Both the position numbers and the translations under genes were made by a program. The notes under the pieces are model-generated. The model had not been told where the DNA came from, did no database searches, and saw nothing but the letters and a program-made list of their open reading frames with translations. A stretch of DNA of 34,472 nt, from the IMG/VR virus record IMGVR_UViG_3300005804_000122, positions 1-34,472 of that record, one strand, 5' to 3'. Shown one piece after another: positions 9,093-17,530 of this stretch (its first letter is position 1; each line of letters opens with the position of its first letter). The stretch comes from a virus (lineage: Duplodnaviria; Caudoviricetes).

Positions 9093-9317
9093 ATGACCGC
9101 GGAGGAACGGGCGGTCTACGAAGAGCGCGCCGCCATCATGGAGTACGAAGGCGGCATGCCTAGGGACGAGGCCGAGCGCCGGGCAGCCAAGGTTATCGAG
9201 GGCCGGGCCGATGAGCCGGAGCAGCTGCAGCTGACAGGCACGGAAGAGTTTCAGCGGGCGAAGAAGTTCTTCCGCGAACTTTTTGGAGATCGCTATGGAC
9301 GGGGTCAGAATCGATGA
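9093..9317 (+). CDS. Hypothetical protein with EERAAI.EY.GG..R.EAE motif
   Basis: Motif common in small phage proteins. Confidence 0.65.
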   Translation: MTAEERAVYEERAAIMEYEGGMPRDEAERRAAKVIEGRADEPEQLQLTGTEEFQRAKKFFRELFGDRYGRGQNR

Positions 9318-9559
9318 CAGCGGCTGGCTGCAGATGTTTCTGCCGGAAACGAGGGGGGGGGGGTATGCTCGATGCCAAACAGTACCGGTGTGACATTTGC
9401 GGCCACGTCGGGCCCTGGACCGATGACTGGCAGTGGTGGGGAAGCCAGAAGAATCTTGACGAATACGGCCTGCGAGGAATCGTGGTCACCTGCAGCGACG
9501 GATGCAGACAGGCCGCGCAGCCGGCGCTGATACTGCAGGAAAGGGGAGTGAAACCATGA
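9314..9559 (+). CDS. Zinc-finger hypothetical protein (alternative start 9365)
   Basis: CDICG..CSDGC; ATGA overlaps at both ends. Confidence 0.55.
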   Translation: MTAAGCRCFCRKRGGGGMLDAKQYRCDICGHVGPWTDDWQWWGSQKNLDEYGLRGIVVTCSDGCRQAAQPALILQERGVKP

Positions 9560-10164
9560 GGAAAGCATTTAAGCGCAGCTCCCCGATCACCGCGGCACAG
9601 GTCACGGCGATCGGGATGGGAAGAAATGCCCTGAAGATCTCCGATGACGACTATTACACAACCCTATGGGTACGCTATGCCGCCACCAGCTGTAAGGACT
9701 TGACCCAGGAACAGGCCAGCGACCTGATAGAGGATTATATCAGCCGCGGCTTCGTCTTGGTTCAGTCCGCCGCCAAGGCGAAACGGCACCAGAAACAGAA
9801 GCATCCGGTACCGCCTCGACGTCCTCCGGAACACGGCCTGAACACCTCCCGGCCCGTCATCCCCAGGGAGGGCAATGTCGTAGCCTTGGCCAAGCCGGAA
9901 GAGATCGACAAGGTCAACGCCGTCGCTGCCCTGATTCCCTGGCGGGAGGAGAACGGCCTGGAACTCTTCCTGGAGAAACGGATGGGGCTCAAAGGCGGGC
10001 GGATCCGGACCTCCGCCGATGCGTATCTCGCAATCGAGGGGCTGAAGAAGATGTTCGAGAATGGGATGAAGAAGGCTTACGGGCCGGACTGGTGGACGCG
10101 GGTGTACACCACTCCGGAGATCAATGAGTACATCCGGCGGCATTGTCCGGAGGAGTACAGATAG
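9556..10164 (+). CDS. gemA: GemA/gp16 (DUF1018) family regulatory protein
   Basis: QVTAI..ALKISDDDYY..TSCKDLT..SRGF and AIEGLKKM; upstream of Mor/C. Confidence 0.8.
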   Translation: MRKAFKRSSPITAAQVTAIGMGRNALKISDDDYYTTLWVRYAATSCKDLTQEQASDLIEDYISRGFVLVQSAAKAKRHQKQKHPVPPRRPPEHGLNTSRPVIPREGNVVALAKPEEIDKVNAVAALIPWREENGLELFLEKRMGLKGGRIRTSADAYLAIEGLKKMFENGMKKAYGPDWWTRVYTTPEINEYIRRHCPEEYR

Positions 10165-10204
10165 CAATCGAGCGTCACCACTCGCGCGAGAAATGGAGGA
10201 AATC

Positions 10205-10408
10205 ATGGGTAAAAAGTATAAAGTCGAAGGCCGGGTCACACTCTATGTTGATACCTGGTTCGAGGACGATGAAAAAATCGACCTCAAGGATCAGGCATAC
10301 GACGCAATACGCGACTTAGTTGTCTCTGTAGAGGCTGTTAGTTCCGGCTGCGGCGATGACGTGACTATTGGCGACATCGAAATTGATGGCATGGAGGAGC
10401 AGCCGTGA
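10205..10408 (+). CDS. Small acidic hypothetical protein, AT-richer codons
   Basis: GGAGG RBS before ATG 10205. Confidence 0.55.
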   Translation: MGKKYKVEGRVTLYVDTWFEDDEKIDLKDQAYDAIRDLVVSVEAVSSGCGDDVTIGDIEIDGMEEQP

Positions 10409-10536
10409 CGATCACGATACCGACATGGGTTCTGTGGACGCTTGGCGGCATTGGTGCGTTGATCCTCCTCGGGCTGGCTGCACTCGGCGTCCTGTTCTGC
10501 TGGTTATTCAAGGATGGATTCAAAATCGGTTGGTAG
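10405..10536 (+). CDS. Small membrane protein (43 aa), not in ORF track
   Basis: GGAGGAG RBS, GTGA overlap; MTITIPTWVLWTLGGIGALILLGLAALGVLFCWLFKDGFKIGW. Confidence 0.55.
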   Translation: MTITIPTWVLWTLGGIGALILLGLAALGVLFCWLFKDGFKIGW

Positions 10537-10608
10537 GGATAACCCCGCCTTGAGCGGCTTGTCCGCTCCGAGGCGGAGTTATCAGTAGTTTTTGTGATGG
10601 AGGAACAG

Positions 10609-10923
10609 ATGAGCGGTTGGATGAAGCATATCAGGACCGAGCAGTTCAGCGAGGATTACCAGCTCCTGGTGCGGGTCATCGGCCTGGAGCTGACGGTCAA
10701 GCTCGCCGAGGAGCTGAAAAGCATCCACCTCTACCTGAAGAGCCCGCAACGTCTCTTCCAGGCGGCCAAAGAGGAATACGTCCTGGAGCAGCTTCACCAG
10801 GCAGGCCCGGGTAATCCGTTCAACTATCGCCGCATGGCCCTGGAGACGGGCCTATCGGAACGCCACATCTACGACCTGGTCAACGAGTCCCGCGAAAAGG
10901 CTAAACAGGGGAACCTGTTCTGA
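10609..10923 (+). CDS. Mor/C-family transcription activator
   Basis: VIGLELTVKLAE..IHLYL..YRRMALETGLSERHIYDLV; last gene before lysis module. Confidence 0.85.
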   Translation: MSGWMKHIRTEQFSEDYQLLVRVIGLELTVKLAEELKSIHLYLKSPQRLFQAAKEEYVLEQLHQAGPGNPFNYRRMALETGLSERHIYDLVNESREKAKQGNLF

Positions 10924-10929
10924 TCGTTA

Positions 10930-10958
10930 TTGACATAGCCTCTGCGCGGTGCTATTAG
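10930..10958 (+). promoter_or_regulatory. sigma70-like promoter
   Basis: TTGACA-17 bp-TATTAG with extended -10 TG at 10950-10951. Confidence 0.55.
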
Positions 10959-10972
10959 CCGTTGTATAAACT

Positions 10973-11008
10973 GGCCTCTCCACTACCGGCGGGGCCTTTT
11001 CTTTTTTG
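10973..11008 (+). terminator. Rho-independent terminator
   Basis: GGCCTCTCC..GGCGGGGCC stem followed by TTTTCTTTTTT. Confidence 0.7.
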
Positions 11009-11200
11009 AACCCCGCAAAAGACCTCCACCCCCCCTTTCGCTATATTCCCCTTGCATTTGCTCTTCTCCTTTAGATCGCCCGCCCCGGTCCATTCCCCGG
11101 TGCGGGCACCCTTTAACGATTTTTAGAGGCCAGACCAGGCCGTACCTAAAACATGGGCCGTTGACCCCAGTCTCCGTGATCCTGGGCAGGCCCTCATGAC

Positions 11201-11226
11201 GCAGGGGCGGGCAATCCCGCCCCTGC
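11201..11226. repeat. Perfect 11-bp inverted repeat (REP-like hairpin) upstream of endolysin
   Basis: GCAGGGGCGGG-CAAT-CCCGCCCCTGC. Confidence 0.7.
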
Positions 11227-11242
11227 ACCCCCGGGAGCTACC

Positions 11243-11851
11243 GTGCAATTGACCACCGAACAGTTCCAGTGCCTGTTTCCGCGCACGCCCGAGCCCGAGG
11301 CCTGGACCGGGGCGATCAACGCCGTCTGCCCGAAATACGGGATCGATACCTATCTGCGCCTGGCCGCGTTTCTATCACAGTGCGGGCACGAGAGCTCCGA
11401 TTTCACCCGGTTGGTAGAGGGGCTGAATTACTCGGCCTCCGCGTTGACCCGCACCTGGCCCAAGCGCTTCCCGGCTGCGGTGGCCGGGAAATACGCCCGG
11501 CAGCCGGAGCGGATCGCTAACCGGGCCTATGCGGACCGGATGGGAAACGGCCCGGAGGAGTCGGGAGACGGCTGGAAACATCGGGGCCGCGGGGCCATCC
11601 AGGTGACCGGCAAGGAGAACTACCTGGCGTTCGCCGAAGCCGCCGGGAAGAGCTACGAAGAGGTGTTCGACTATCTCGAAACCAGAGAGGGAGCAATAGA
11701 GAGCGCCTGCTGGTTCTGGTCCACGAACGTCCTCAACATCTTCGCGGACAGGAAGTGGACGGAAACGATCACCAGACGAATTAACGGCGGCACCAACGGG
11801 CTGGAGGACCGCAAGGCCCGTTACGCGGCCGCCCTCAAGGTTTTGGCGTAA
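11243..11851 (+). CDS. Endolysin, glycoside hydrolase family 19
   Basis: AAFLSQCGHES, RGRGAIQVTGKENY, TRRINGGTNGLEDR. Confidence 0.93.
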   Translation: MQLTTEQFQCLFPRTPEPEAWTGAINAVCPKYGIDTYLRLAAFLSQCGHESSDFTRLVEGLNYSASALTRTWPKRFPAAVAGKYARQPERIANRAYADRMGNGPEESGDGWKHRGRGAIQVTGKENYLAFAEAAGKSYEEVFDYLETREGAIESACWFWSTNVLNIFADRKWTETITRRINGGTNGLEDRKARYAAALKVLA

Positions 11852-11873
11852 CTAATAACGGAGGAGGTTCACT

Positions 11874-12425
11874 ATGCAGGAGGCAAAACCAATCTGGCAG
11901 TCGAAGACACTTTGGGCCAACGTCATCGCCATCGGCGCGCTGCTGTTGCAGACCTATACCGGATTCGTCATCGATCCGGAAAAACAGGTCGGGCTGCTCG
12001 GCATGATCAACGTAGTGCTCAGGCTCATAACCAAAAAGCCCGTCAACTGGGGCTCGTCGGAGCAAGGAGTCATCACCCTCCGCCTCCTTCCGCTGCTGCT
12101 CCTGGGGGCGCTCTGCCTGGCACTGCTCCCGGCCTGCGCCTCGAATCCCCGGATAACGGCAGGCAAATCGCTGCTGGCGGCCAAGGCTACCATCGTTTCC
12201 GCGGCGCAGGCGACGGACGGGCTATGTAAGACCCGTGTCCTGGACGAGGCCAAGTGCAGGAAGGCCAAGGAGACCTACGAGCTGGCCAAGCCGCTGTACG
12301 ACAGCACGGTGGACGCCTACCTGCTCATGTCCGACGGAGGTGATCCGCAACGTTTCAATATCCTGATGCAGAGTCTGCAGGAAACTCTCACCCAGCTTAC
12401 AGCCATTGCAGGAGGCGCCCAATGA
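11874..12425 (+). CDS. Holin-like 2-TM domain fused to a lipoprotein-like domain
   Basis: KPIWQSKTLWAN..INVVLRLITKKPV then LLLLGALCLALLPAC lipobox; follows endolysin. Confidence 0.6.
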   Translation: MQEAKPIWQSKTLWANVIAIGALLLQTYTGFVIDPEKQVGLLGMINVVLRLITKKPVNWGSSEQGVITLRLLPLLLLGALCLALLPACASNPRITAGKSLLAAKATIVSAAQATDGLCKTRVLDEAKCRKAKETYELAKPLYDSTVDAYLLMSDGGDPQRFNILMQSLQETLTQLTAIAGGAQ

Positions 12426-12607
12426 ACGCCGCGCAGATCGCACAGCTGGCCATCGTACTCGCTCCCATCGCGAAGGATATCTGCGTCGAAGGGGCAAAGC
12501 TCATCGCCACCTTCCGCGACGAGATCTCGCAGGAAGACCTCGACAAGGCGCTGGAGCTCAGCAAGAGCGCCGGCTGGCCCGAGCTTGATTTCGGAACGGG
12601 GGAGTAG
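12422..12607 (+). CDS. Hypothetical protein (61 aa), lysis region
   Basis: AGGAGG RBS, ATGA overlap. Confidence 0.6.
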   Translation: MNAAQIAQLAIVLAPIAKDICVEGAKLIATFRDEISQEDLDKALELSKSAGWPELDFGTGE

Positions 12608-12946
12608 ATGACCCCTCAGGATGTCGCCGCCCTCACCGCCCTGGTTGCCATCTTCCGCGAAATCGGCACCTGGCCGCTCATCACCGTCTGCGTGCTGGTG
12701 GTGCTTGGCCCCTGGATAGCAATGTTCACCATGGCCCGAGCCCAGGAAAAACGGCACGCGGCGGTGGTGGCCATGTACGAGCACAACGCCGATTTGGTCA
12801 AAAATTACCACGAAGTCACCGGCGACCTGAAGGATCTGCTGGTGCTGTCCACCCAGACCATGACCCAGGTGAAATTTACCGTGGATAACAACCTCTTCTG
12901 CCCGCTGATGCGGAAAGACCCGAAGGTGGAAAGGCAGACGTCATGA
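12608..12946 (+). CDS. Membrane protein, hypothetical
   Basis: TM WPLITVCVLVVLGPWIAMF; position between lysis and terminase genes. Confidence 0.65.
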   Translation: MTPQDVAALTALVAIFREIGTWPLITVCVLVVLGPWIAMFTMARAQEKRHAAVVAMYEHNADLVKNYHEVTGDLKDLLVLSTQTMTQVKFTVDNNLFCPLMRKDPKVERQTS

Positions 12947-13194
12947 GCCTCAATCTCGAACGGGCCGCCATGCGCGGCAAACTTGCGGAGCTGCAGGGTC
13001 AGGCGAAGCGGCTGCGGCTGAAGATCGAGGCGGCGGCAACCGCCATCCGCCAGGGGCTGAACACCACCCTCACCCCGGTGGAGGAGCTGGAGGTACCGCA
13101 ACTCGACGAGCTCTTCGACGGGTTGAAGCTCGCATGGGCAGAACTGCTGACAGTGAACGGCGACATCGAGCGCCTGGAACGGGAGCTGCGCTAG
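12943..13194 (+). CDS. Coiled-coil hypothetical protein
   Basis: ATGA overlap; helical heptads. Confidence 0.65.
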   Translation: MSLNLERAAMRGKLAELQGQAKRLRLKIEAAATAIRQGLNTTLTPVEELEVPQLDELFDGLKLAWAELLTVNGDIERLERELR

Positions 13195-13196
13195 CC

Positions 13197-13676
13197 ATGG
13201 CCGAAAAGGGAGCGCGCGCCGAACTGGAGGCCCTGGTCCGCCAGACCTACATCGAGACCGGTAACCTGACTCTGGCGGCCGACACCCACGGCGTATCCCG
13301 CCAGACGGCCCACGAGTGGAAGCGGCGCGCCGGCGACGAGTGGGACAAGGCCAGGGAGCGGAAGACCACCTTCGGCCTGCGCATGGAGGCCCTGCTGGAC
13401 CGGGAACTGGAGTATGCCGAAGGGCGGCAGCCGGGCTCGGTCGAGGGGGGCACCCTGGATAACCTCTCCAAGCTGGGCGCCCTGGTGGTGAAGTTCAAGA
13501 GCCTGGAGGCGAGCGGCAACGCCACCTATGACCGGGCCAAGGTGTTCCTGGAGAACGTGCAGTGGATCGTCTCCTGGCTGAGGGAGAACGACCCGGAGGG
13601 GCTGAAGGTGCTGGCCAACGATTTCGACGCCATGACCATGGCGTTCAAGGGGGAGTGCCTGAGTGGCAATGCGTAA
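13197..13676 (+). CDS. Putative terminase small subunit (DUF1804-like HTH)
   Basis: HGVSRQTAHEWKRR..DEWDKAR; directly upstream of large terminase. Confidence 0.75.
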   Translation: MAEKGARAELEALVRQTYIETGNLTLAADTHGVSRQTAHEWKRRAGDEWDKARERKTTFGLRMEALLDRELEYAEGRQPGSVEGGTLDNLSKLGALVVKFKSLEASGNATYDRAKVFLENVQWIVSWLRENDPEGLKVLANDFDAMTMAFKGECLSGNA

Positions 13677-15189
13677 GCGCCAGAACATAACCGAGCTCCA
13701 GTTCGACGATTACGTTGCCGCGCTGCGCAAGCAGATAGCCGAGAGCGTCTCGCCGTTCGAGGAGGATACCCCGGCGAAAAAACGGGAACGGATTGAGGCG
13801 TGTCTGGCCGATCCGCTGCTGTTCATGCGCACGTACATGCCGCACTACTTCCCTGTCGAGGAGGCGCCCTGCCACCACGAATGGTGCGAGATGGCCCGCA
13901 CACCGGGTTTCAACCTGATCGGCGCTCCCCGCGACCACGCCAAGACCACCGTGGTCACCTTCGGCCTGCGCGTCTACTTCGTCTGCAACAGGCTGAAGAA
14001 GTACATCATGCTCGGCTCCGACACCCACGACCAGGCCGCCCGCTTCACCGTCTCCATCAAAGTGGAATTGGAAGACAACCCCCGGCTGAAGCACGACTTC
14101 GGCGACGTGATCGCCAAGACCCGGCAATGGTCCGACGATTACTTCGTCACCAAGGGTGGCACCCTGGTAGAGGCCCTGGGCCGCGGGGACAAGTGGAGGG
14201 GCAAGAAGCACGGCCCGTACCGTCCGGACGACATCGGCCTGGACGACCTGGAGAACAACAGCACGGTCAAGAGCCCCACCGTCACCAAGGCGATCGTCGA
14301 GTTCATCACCGACGAGGTCCTCCCCTGCATGGAGGGTGACTGCGCCGCGACCATGGTGGGGAACGTGTTCCACGCCAAGAGCGCCATAGCCCAGATGATC
14401 GCCAAGGAAGACGAGGAGACCGGCGAGTTGCTCTACAACTCCAAGGTATACGACGCCGTGGTGGACGAGGAGAAGCGGATCACCCTCTGGCCCGCACGCT
14501 GGCCCTGGGACAGGCTCATGCGGCGCAAGCGGCTAGTGGGCAGCCGGGCGTTCAACAAGGAGTACCGCAACAAGACCACCGAGGAGGACTCGCCCTTCCC
14601 GGATGAGACCGTCACCTTCTTCGACCGCATCCTGGTGATGGAGCGCAAGCTGATTTTCGCCACCGCCGTCGATCCGTCCGCCACCGCCACCGAGAAGAGC
14701 GACTTCCGGGCGGTCGTTACCTGGGGCTTCGACCGGGAGGCGATGATCTTCCGCTGCATGCACGCCTGGATCAAGCGCCGCTCCATCGGCGAGATGTTCG
14801 CGGCCGCCTATGCCCAGAACGAGCAATACCCCGGCCGCTGCCCGATAGAGGAGAACATGCTGAAGGAGTTTCTCCACGAAGCGATCCAGAACTACGCGCG
14901 GCAGGTCGGCTCCTATCTGCCCTGGGCTCCCCTCCATCACGGGTCCCAGGCCAACAAGATCGCCCGCATCATCGGCACGTGCGAGTATCTCTGGGAGCAC
15001 AAGCTGATGCAGTTCGAAAAGCGCCATTCCGACCAGAAGACGCTCATCGAGCAGTTCGTCTACATCAACAACGCCACCGTTCACGACGACGGCCCGGACG
15101 CCAGTGAGATGGCGATCAGCTTCCTGCAGAAGGGCTCGGGGATCCGCGTGACCGATTGCATGCCCGCATTCACGGAGGCCGCCGCATGA
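13669..15189 (+). CDS. terL: Terminase large subunit
   Basis: APRDHAKTT Walker A, LDDLE Walker B, AVDPS and HDDGPDA nuclease motifs. Confidence 0.92.
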   Translation: MRKRQNITELQFDDYVAALRKQIAESVSPFEEDTPAKKRERIEACLADPLLFMRTYMPHYFPVEEAPCHHEWCEMARTPGFNLIGAPRDHAKTTVVTFGLRVYFVCNRLKKYIMLGSDTHDQAARFTVSIKVELEDNPRLKHDFGDVIAKTRQWSDDYFVTKGGTLVEALGRGDKWRGKKHGPYRPDDIGLDDLENNSTVKSPTVTKAIVEFITDEVLPCMEGDCAATMVGNVFHAKSAIAQMIAKEDEETGELLYNSKVYDAVVDEEKRITLWPARWPWDRLMRRKRLVGSRAFNKEYRNKTTEEDSPFPDETVTFFDRILVMERKLIFATAVDPSATATEKSDFRAVVTWGFDREAMIFRCMHAWIKRRSIGEMFAAAYAQNEQYPGRCPIEENMLKEFLHEAIQNYARQVGSYLPWAPLHHGSQANKIARIIGTCEYLWEHKLMQFEKRHSDQKTLIEQFVYINNATVHDDGPDASEMAISFLQKGSGIRVTDCMPAFTEAAA

Positions 15190-17507
15190 GCTGGTGGAAC
15201 CCCTTTGCAAAGAAGCGGCCGGACGTGCGGCCCGGCCGGGAATCGGTGCCCGAGGACAGCATCAACGGCGCCATCGGCAGGCTGGCAGGCTTCTACGACT
15301 TCAGCGCCGCGCCGTTCGACCTGAAGGTGTACGAGGTCCTGGAGCTGCTCGGCATGTTCAACCCGGACATATCCCAGGCCCTCTCCATCTGGGTCAACCT
15401 GGGGAACACCGGCCATGAGTTGGAGGTGGAGGCGCGGAATCCCGAGACGGTGCTCGACCGGCTGAACAGCCTGTCGGCTACGGTCTACCAGACCGGCGGC
15501 GGAGTGGACGGCCTGGTCAATCACTTCCTGCGCCAGATCCCCCTGATGGGCGCGCTTTCAGGCGAGTGGGTGGTGGCGGATCGGATACAGGACGGCCTGA
15601 CGGACTGCGTGGTGGTGCCGGTGAAGCGGATCCGCTGGCAGCGGGTGGACGGCAGATGGGCGCCGTTCCAGGTCACCAACGCCATCACCGGTGGAAACAT
15701 GGGGTACGTGGCGCTCAACCCGGTCACCTACAGCTGCATGCCGCTCATTACCAACGACGGGAGCCCCTACCCGATCCCGCCGTTCCTGCCCTCGCTGAAG
15801 AACATCGAGGTGCAGCTGGACGCGACGGACAACATTGCTTCCATCATCCGGAAGATGGGACTCCTGGGGTTCATCGACGTGAAGATGCAGATCCCGCAGC
15901 AGAAGCCGGGCGAGAGCGACCTGGCGTACCAGGCTCGCCTCAGCAAGCGCCTCCAGGACTACGCCAAGGCGTACAAGGGGAACCTGTCCAAAGGGGTCAG
16001 CGTCCATTACGACGACCAGGAGATCAAGCACAACGCCACCAACGCCGGCGCCGCCGCCGGCGCAAAGTCGGTCTGGGAGATCAACGAGGAGCAGATCTTC
16101 TCCGCCATCGACATCCCGCCCAGTATGTGCGGCCGCTCCTACTCCACCACCGAGACCTATGCCGAGGTGGATTTCGAGCGGTTGGGCACCAAGCTCGTCA
16201 ACGGCCGGCGGATGATCAAGCGCTTCCTGGAAAAGGGGTACACCCTGGACCTGCTGCTGCGTGGTCTCGACGTGCAGGTGACGGTGACGTTCAACGAGCA
16301 TTCGGCGTTCAAGCAGAAGGAAAAGGCCGAGGCCGAGGGCAAGCGGATCGAGAACGTCTTGAAGAAAAGGGACGGCGGCATCATCGATGACGACGAGGCG
16401 GCCCGGGAGCTGGGGTATGAGGCGGCGACCGGACGGTTGCCGGGGGATAATGCGCCGGATGGGTATTTCGGAAGGGCCGGATCGAGGAACGAGGTTCGAG
16501 GAACGAGGACAACCTTTTCCTTCAACCGAAAAACGGGACGCTATGAGTTTAAGCCGGAGGTCATCTTCCTTGACCAGCAGTCGGACAGCCGGGCGGATGA
16601 GAACTACATCGCGGCGCTGGAGAGCGTGCTGGAGGGCGCCGAGGAGAAGGCAGTCGAGGCGGCGATAAAGACGGCAGAAGCGGTTGCCGGCGAGGGTACA
16701 ACCGCCGAACGGTTTGCCGCGGCTGTGTACGAAGCTTTTGCCGACACCCTGCGGAGCGGGATCGCCAAGACCGCGGTTATGAAGATCTGCACCAGGTTCG
16801 TGAGCAACGAGTGGAAGCGGTGGCGGTACGAGGACAGGAATCATTTGAAATCCCCCCGGCGTTCCGCCACCCCCCTTTCGCAAAGTGGGGTAATCGCCCG
16901 GGCGGCGCTGGCAGGGGAGACCATCGACATTTCCGTGGTCGACAAGAACGCCTTAAGGTACCTGACCAGGATCGAGGACTTCTACTTCGGCCGGGGGAAC
17001 TACCTTGCGCGCAACGAGACCACCGGCAAAGAGTTCGTAGCCTGGCTCCAGGACGAGTACATAACGAAGGGCCTCTCCATCCGGGACGAGGCCACCTGGA
17101 CGGAGTTCAAGGGCAAGTTTGCGGGGCTGGTGCGGGAGACGAGCTACCGGAAGATCGAGCAGATCGTCTCCACCACCATGGCCAGGGTGCAGAACATGGG
17201 GCAGACCCTGTCCCTCTACGAGGCCGGTTTCAAGCGCTACCGGATCGTAGGACCCAGGACCGCGCCCATCTGCGACCACTGCAAGGCCATGCTCGGGCGG
17301 GTGTTCGAGGTGAAGGTGGCTGCCGAACGGCTGGCCAAAGTCCTGGACAAGGGGTTCGAGAATCCCGAGGACCTGCCGCCGTTCCTGTCCAACCGCTACT
17401 CGGCGGAGCGGGTGAAGGAGATGACGGACGAGGAGCTGCAGGCGGCCGGGTTCGAGACCCCGCCGTTTCATCCCAAGTGCCGGCACCGGAAGGCGGCGGA
17501 AGATTGA
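15186..17507 (+). CDS. Portal protein fused to MuF/SPP1-gp7-like head morphogenesis domain
   Basis: Follows terL; portal-like end GIIDDDEAARELGY; C-terminal CDHC..PPFHPKCR MuF motif; single open frame. Confidence 0.8.
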   Translation: MSWWNPFAKKRPDVRPGRESVPEDSINGAIGRLAGFYDFSAAPFDLKVYEVLELLGMFNPDISQALSIWVNLGNTGHELEVEARNPETVLDRLNSLSATVYQTGGGVDGLVNHFLRQIPLMGALSGEWVVADRIQDGLTDCVVVPVKRIRWQRVDGRWAPFQVTNAITGGNMGYVALNPVTYSCMPLITNDGSPYPIPPFLPSLKNIEVQLDATDNIASIIRKMGLLGFIDVKMQIPQQKPGESDLAYQARLSKRLQDYAKAYKGNLSKGVSVHYDDQEIKHNATNAGAAAGAKSVWEINEEQIFSAIDIPPSMCGRSYSTTETYAEVDFERLGTKLVNGRRMIKRFLEKGYTLDLLLRGLDVQVTVTFNEHSAFKQKEKAEAEGKRIENVLKKRDGGIIDDDEAARELGYEAATGRLPGDNAPDGYFGRAGSRNEVRGTRTTFSFNRKTGRYEFKPEVIFLDQQSDSRADENYIAALESVLEGAEEKAVEAAIKTAEAVAGEGTTAERFAAAVYEAFADTLRSGIAKTAVMKICTRFVSNEWKRWRYEDRNHLKSPRRSATPLSQSGVIARAALAGETIDISVVDKNALRYLTRIEDFYFGRGNYLARNETTGKEFVAWLQDEYITKGLSIRDEATWTEFKGKFAGLVRETSYRKIEQIVSTTMARVQNMGQTLSLYEAGFKRYRIVGPRTAPICDHCKAMLGRVFEVKVAAERLAKVLDKGFENPEDLPPFLSNRYSAERVKEMTDEELQAAGFETPPFHPKCRHRKAAED
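16481..16514. repeat. 4x NNCGAGG heptamer + ACAACC, inside portal CDS
   Basis: ATCGAGG AACGAGG TTCGAGG AACGAGG ACAACC. Confidence 0.8.
16848..16892. repeat. AAATCCCCCC..CCCCCTTT..AAGTGGGG palindromic repeat, copy 2 (inside CDS)
   Basis: ACCCC-C-CTTT-CGC-AAAG-T-GGGGT stem; same layout as 5919-5955. Confidence 0.65.
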
Positions 17508-17530
17508 ATGCTGAGTAACAGGAGGAGCGC

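Noticed and set aside
11243-11851. Chitinase
   Set aside because: GH19 next to a holin-like gene in a phage late operon is an endolysin.
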